DNA of 56,706 nt, filler included, from Sphacelaria rigidula (taxonomy: Eukaryota), in NCBI GenBank assembly GCA_964200075.2. It is 4 parts of 4 records of this genome, joined end to end, with 100 filler letters (N's around TTAATTAATTAA, not from the genome) between each part and the next. Parts side by side here need not be neighbours in the genome. Positions count along the whole stretch, not along the records: positions 42,607 to 56,706 come from CAXNAA020002459.1; 3 more parts are not named here. One strand, written 5' to 3'. Shown in pieces: positions 52,001-56,706 of this stretch. The notes beneath the pieces are model-generated. The model ran no database searches, was not told the DNA's origin, and saw only the letters and a list, made by a program, of their open reading frames with translations. Made by a program: the position numbers and the translations under genes. The first letter of the stretch is position 1, and each line of letters opens with the position of its first letter.

Positions 52001-54040
52001 TCATCCCCGCCCACTACATACATGTTCACAGTTTTCTGCAAGTCATCGGCAGGTGAATAAGCAGAATTGATGACGGTAGCTCCTTTTGTCTCCCCACGGC
52101 CCACCTGGATTTAGTGCCTCGTGAAAATGACCTCATTGTGGCATGTATACTCCTTCCCGTTTTTCCCCACTCCACCCTGTGTTGGTGTAATAATTATTTT
52201 TTAGTATAGGCTGGCGACCCCAAAAACTCCTTGTAAACCCCGGGAACGCTATACTGAATGCAAGTACCACGAGGAGCCATGCTCCGAGCATCCTGGATTT
52301 GCATCCCTGGGAAGGCTTATCCGGGCCACAGATAGGGCCCCCACATGGTCTTTGCAGTGACATCACACTCGGTAGCAGTCCCCGCTCTGGTCGTTCGGGT
52401 CTGGTCGATAAATTTCGCCTCGCAGTGGTTGGCCAGGTCGCTGCGTGACTTATTTTTTTCTTATTTCACTCACACATGGTCAGCCCCGTGTTTGCGGGGG
52501 TTGGTCCCAAAAGGGTTTGAAGGGGCTCCCACAGTCAGGAGCTACACAAGAATACGACTCAGTACGTTGCCGTTCAAAAAATCCTCTCGAGATATTCCCA
52601 GCCCAGTGAGGTGCTAATCGTAGAATGCTTTCACATCCTCCATAAATCCATTTCTTTTGGATAAGATGAAAAGGGCTCCCAAAAATTCGGCCCTGAGAAA
52701 CTTTTGCGCACATCCCTACCGTTGCACCACTCCGAAGCTTCATCGATTTCGCCTGTGTCCCTCTCTTCGCGCGTATTTACATGTGTGCGTGCGCATTCAT
52801 GTATGCAGACAGGAAAGCATATGTGTAAATGGAGAGAGGCGGAAGTGGTGGACGTCAGGCATCCCGCGCCGGACGAGACGCAAGTTTTGGTGAGCTATTC
52901 CCTCGGTGGTTTGTGAATGATCAAGTCGCCGATGACCGCTGCTTGTAGCGCCCTCATTCTTTTCTTTGTTTTTCTGCATCTGCGCTTCATCGCGCACCTT
53001 CGTCCCTAGTTTGCAGAGTTGGTTGGGTCAGGGTTCCTGTCTAATAGATTAGTTGTACCAGTGCGTCTGTTTTCTTGTGACCGCGGATGTATTCGTACCA
53101 CAGCGGATCAGAGATGATGTTCGACAATCTATCGACCAATGGAAACATTCATCAATAAGTAATTAGTGTCGCACCCTAAACCCCTCCCGCGAGACGAGTC
53201 CGTCATCTACCAGTCTCGAGGAATCAACCTATCTCTCCCCCCCGGGTGCGGTAAATGAGTACGCCCCTCCCCCCCGGGTGCGGTCCCCCCGATAGCTGAG
53301 TCGTAACCTGACTCCATGGCCTGGTCAGTGGCTTCCAAATAGTACGGTCTAGTCAACTGAAGTAAGGCCTCGGTCTGCGGGAATGATGCACGCACCCTGT
53401 CTTCGGTAACTCGTTGTTCAGCCTACGACATCGGTGCCTTCCCGTCGAGGCATTTCACGATTAGGAGCGGGGGTATTTCGAGGTACTGTTTAGTCAACTA
53501 CTTATTATATACTGCACTTGTGACTGCACGATTTGTAAGTACAGTAGTAGCACACTTTTTTTGCATTGGAGTGGTCTCGACATCGAACAAGCCCCCCTCC
53601 GAAACACTGAGAGATATGTCAAATCCCTTCAAGGAATCGTGGGGAGTCACGGCAACACTGGTACGTTGGGACAAAAAAGAAAACAAAGGATGGAGATGAT
53701 CAAGAACGTGAACGACATAACACGTGCAAGAACAACTCTCAACACAACGGTCGTCGACGCAGCTTGCCTCAGGGTCCATAGCCCGAAAATCGCAACATCC
53801 GCAAAACATGGTAGGGAGGGAGGGAGGGGATGGCGTATGCTACCAAGTTACACCATCCACCGCCGTTCGGCTCGGAGATGAGTGACGGAAACCCGTGTTT
53901 TTGCTCATTAATTCCCAAACAGGTACATTTCATAACGTGGGAATCAAAGTGGGATCGATGGGTTTCTCTGAAGACGGAACCAGGGAGATTCGCACCTCAC
54001 TTATCGTCCGCTCGGCCGGCGGTAGATAGGATCAGCCGAG
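43055..54040 (+). CDS. Spliced gene (internal exons 43055-43204, 43884-45260, 52809-52889, 53923-54040) for a Tudor-knot/chromo-barrel-like protein with a long Gly/Ser/Arg-rich disordered region; both ends missing
   Basis: The frame is open 43878-45290 by manual translation. Junctions: gcgcag|GTA...GAG|gttggt, aacag|CAA...CAG|gtaagc, atgcag|ACA...TTG|gtgagc, aacag|GTA...G|gtgagt. Joined: KVGDKFDCLDYFISVQ|TGKHMCKWREAEVVDVRHPAPDETQVL|VHFITWESKWDRWVSLKTEPGRFAP, fitting the VGDxxD...WxxAxV...VHFxxWxxKWDxW barrel pattern. Confidence 0.85.
46855..49000. repeat. Tandem duplication of ~430 bp (46855-47285; 47388-47415 plus 48613-49000), second copy interrupted by a MITE
   Basis: atgttgcagacaa...ccctttcacaga...aaaacttgggcatctaattttgtggcagggtccacc...catgctg.gcgaaac appears twice. 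Confidence 0.9.
47416..48612 (+). mobile_element. Complete 1197-bp Tc1/mariner-type non-autonomous element with TA TSD
   Basis: TIRs cgagcttggccagccta and taggctggcccagctcg. Filled site gatacTA[...]TAccctttcacag versus empty paralogous site aatacTAccctttcacag (46881). Confidence 0.92.
49309..50267. mobile_element. hAT-like non-autonomous element: 17-bp perfect TIR, 8-bp TSD, internal 39-42-bp tandem arrays
   Basis: aaaatatc|cacaccctgtacaacta ... tagttgtacagggtgtg|aaaatatc. Arrays of tagttgtttggaaacaactagttgcacacgattctga at ~49340-49715 and ~49980-50245. Confidence 0.88.
50548..50715 (-). mobile_element. 5'-truncated retroposon 3' end with (TAA)n tail
   Basis: attattattatc...ctcaatctctcgaa.cc.tggtca.agagtgc.aggagcat.ccacc.ataccc matches 56482-56670. 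Confidence 0.8.
51049..51986. mobile_element. TA-targeting (Tc1/mariner-type) MITE nested in the piggyBac-like element
   Basis: Filled site atcagctgccTA[caagctgggccgccc...gggagaccagcctg]TAtacacagcttattc versus empty site atcagctgccTAtacacagcttattc at ~28644-28670. Contains two internal palindromic units and a 10-N gap. Confidence 0.82.
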
Positions 54041-56479
54041 GTGAGTTGGGTGTCCTGGTCTTTTTTTTCGCCGCTGTTTCCGTACCCTTTCCGTCATACT
54101 AGAGTAGTGTAGTAGGCGGGAAGGCCTACGCCAGAGGGATGTAATAGTGTTTTTGTGTTTTGTATTTCGTGCGTGTATGTCCGGAGCACGATGAGCTTGT
54201 TCACTTTTGGATTTTTCAATTACGTTACTCCTCTGAACTGTACTGTACTGTACTTTGTCTTGTTTCTGCACAATTTTCGCGGCCCGCTTTGAAAAGTTGA
54301 ACTGTTGGCGCTGTCGCTAAATACTTTTGTGATGGTGAACGTTTCTCGGGATATTGGAAGTAATTACACTACGACGTCGTGTCTTTTTGGTCCTTCGTTT
54401 CCTCAGGGCTTTTCTTGAAACGTTTTCCGGGGTCATTCCTCCGCGGTTTACCACGTTATATAGTATGCGAAACTCAACCTTCTACTCCGCACATATTTGC
54501 GAGACGTGGCAGATCGCGATAGCCCCCCCCCCCCCCAAACCAGCCCCGCAACTGTCACGGAGAAAATAGCTGTACATCGCATCGTGGGTGTCTTCAGACT
54601 GCATGAAGCTTCTTACTAGGGCTACATTGACGAAAATGATCCCCAAGAGGATGGGTTCCCACCTGACCGGTGTGCTCCGCGTTTGGCACTTTGCTCCGGA
54701 TGTGAGTTTTACCTCCTCGAACCAGCCACTTTCCGGGGGGGGGGGGGGGGGGACTTTTGGGGGATCCCCCAACCCCAAACCCCTACCAAACTCCATTGGA
54801 TNNNNNNNNNNCCTTCTTGCTGTGCCCGCTCTTTTTTGTTTGGGTGGGGGTGTGGTTCTCCCCCGCCCCCCCGCCCGCGGGGGGGGGGGGGGGGGGGGGG
54901 GAACTATTGGGGGATCACTCAACTCCAACACCCTACCGAACTCCATGGTATGTGTCGATTTCATAATTCCATTAGCACTGTGGAATACTGTACTGCTGTG
55001 CCCTGGTACCGTACCATTCAAAAGACGAATCCCCCGTACGTGCCATTTTGTTGCCGTGAACTACAAAAACCGTATATCAAAAATTAATCCCGTAATCCAA
55101 ATATTAATCCCGTGTGGTACTCCACGTCCCGTGTGATCTGCGACTCCGAGGTACTCGTGATATCTATCCTCACGGCGTCTCTCACAGGATTCTGAAACAA
55201 CCCCTCCGCGTGCTTTTTTTCGCCATCATTTTTACTTGTTGACAAGTCTGTGAAACACCTCTGTTGCATTCGGTACAACTTGACAAAAAATGATGCATAT
55301 GTATATATATATATATATTCAGATCCAGGGTTGAGAGGTTTGACCAGTCGTTCCGTGCGTACATTTCGTCAAGGTCGGTGAGCTCACTCTATGGCTGTCA
55401 AAATTTCGATAGCATTTTTTGTACAGTGGGTCGAGAGTCAAGATGAAAAGTGAAACCTTTGCTGGTATGGCCTCATCCGCAGCCACCTGTCGGCTAGGGT
55501 GGTGACCTTCGGCTTCGACTGCGTCTTGTCGAGGTGGGCATGCAAGAACGATGACACTTTCTACGACAGCCCCCCCCCCCCCCGAAACCAGCACAAAAGT
55601 GTAACGGTCTACATAAGTCTACACGCAATACGCTGTTGAATACACAAATTACTGTGAAGAAGTATCGAAGACCGAACATTCCATCCGCCAAAACAACTGG
55701 CCAACAAGATTTGCGCTCCATCAAGGTTACATATCTCACGACGTTTAGCCGCAAAACCCAGTCATGAAGATTCCTATCCCCACCTATATACGCTCCTTCC
55801 CCCATCATTCACACCGGATGTCAAACATGACGCCCTGCGGTAATACCTACTTCTTCGGTTGGCGTGTGAGAGTTTTGCAGGTCATCTACGTATCGGACAC
55901 TTTCTACGTTACCTTTTTCTGGGATCCTGGATCATGACGATGTATCCTTAGTTTCTCGCATTTTTGACCTGAATGATGGACGATTCATATATATATAGAT
56001 ATATCCATCCATGCATACATTTATCCAGGTGAACATCAAATTGCAAAGATTTTGGATGGCCGCCGGCCAAATGAGGGGTACTTTTCAAAACTTTTCTTTG
56101 CATACAAGAATATGACCAGAAAAACAGGCTTGGGTTTGATGTCCGGCAGAACTATGACAAGGAGGAGTCCTGCTGGTGGGCGCGCACCATACTCTAGTTT
56201 ACGTGTGTTGCAACATCCCCCCCCCCCCAAATCACATCAATTTTGCGGTATTGGGTCGCGAAACCTCGGCCATCCGACCCAAGATCGACCACGGGAAACT
56301 AATGGCTGAAAAATGAAGCGCTTCGTGTGGTCATGCAGTAATTTTTTTGTGTTCATGCAGTAATTTTTTCAGGTGAAAAATTGATGTTGATTCAACACAT
56401 GACCTGTGCTCGCGGTCGAGAGAGCTGATTCGTGCGAAGACCAAAAGTGCGGAAATCAACAAAATCGGAGGTTGTGGGC

Positions 56480-56481
<2 letters not shown>

Positions 56482-56539
<58 letters not shown>

Positions 56540-56706
56540 TTATATCCGTCACATTAGCTCGATCTCTCGAACCCTTGGTCAGAGTGCAAGGAGCATACCA
56601 CCCATACCCATAATCCAAACAGCCCGTAGAAGAAGGCAAGAAACAAAATATCTACTCGAAAAAAGAGCACCTACACTACGAGAGATCCGTATGAGACCGA
56701 TTAAAC
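56482..56706 (-). mobile_element. Retroposon 3' end with long (TAA)n tail
   Basis: (tta)n run at 56482-56540 followed by sequence homologous to 50575-50700. Confidence 0.8.

Larger units (their letters stand above)
50383..52515 (+). mobile_element. piggyBac-like element copy carrying two nested insertions
   Basis: ctaa|tcctcttgggaccggg ... ggtcccaaaaggg|tttg. Collinear with 11593-12620 once ~50548-50715 and 51049-51988 are removed. Confidence 0.8.

Noticed and set aside
54726..54950. Direct repeat flanked by G runs
   Set aside because: The copies straddle a 10-N gap in homopolymer-rich, low-quality sequence; probably an assembly overlap artefact.

Overview
Eukaryotic, intron-rich and repeat-dense DNA whose style (CAG|...|GTGAGT/GTACGT splice sites, multi-kb TE-filled introns, ~50% GC, POMP-like secreted protein) suggests a brown alga or related stramenopile; this is an inference. 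The window is not one locus. It is four contigs of almost equal length (1-14102, 14203-28304, 28405-42506, 42607-56706) joined by 100-nt N/TTAATTAATTAA linkers. Three spliced host genes can be built by hand, and the ORF track misses or fragments all of them: a secreted beta-helix/POMP-like protein with an internal domain duplication, a partial GNAT-like acetyltransferase with a GC-AG intron, and a Tudor-knot/chromo-barrel protein with a 459-codon low-complexity exon. The rest is mostly mobile DNA: an intron-containing IS630/Tc1-like transposase pseudogene and its probable MITE family (TA duplication shown by an empty site), piggyBac-, hAT- and MULE-like non-autonomous elements (some nested), two tRNA-derived SINE families, a decayed Ty3/gypsy pol, a LINE RT fragment and several 39-44/88-bp minisatellites. 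I found no CRISPR, Fanzor/TnpB or viral system. The best leads are the unusual transposase architecture and the shared period of the tandem arrays.
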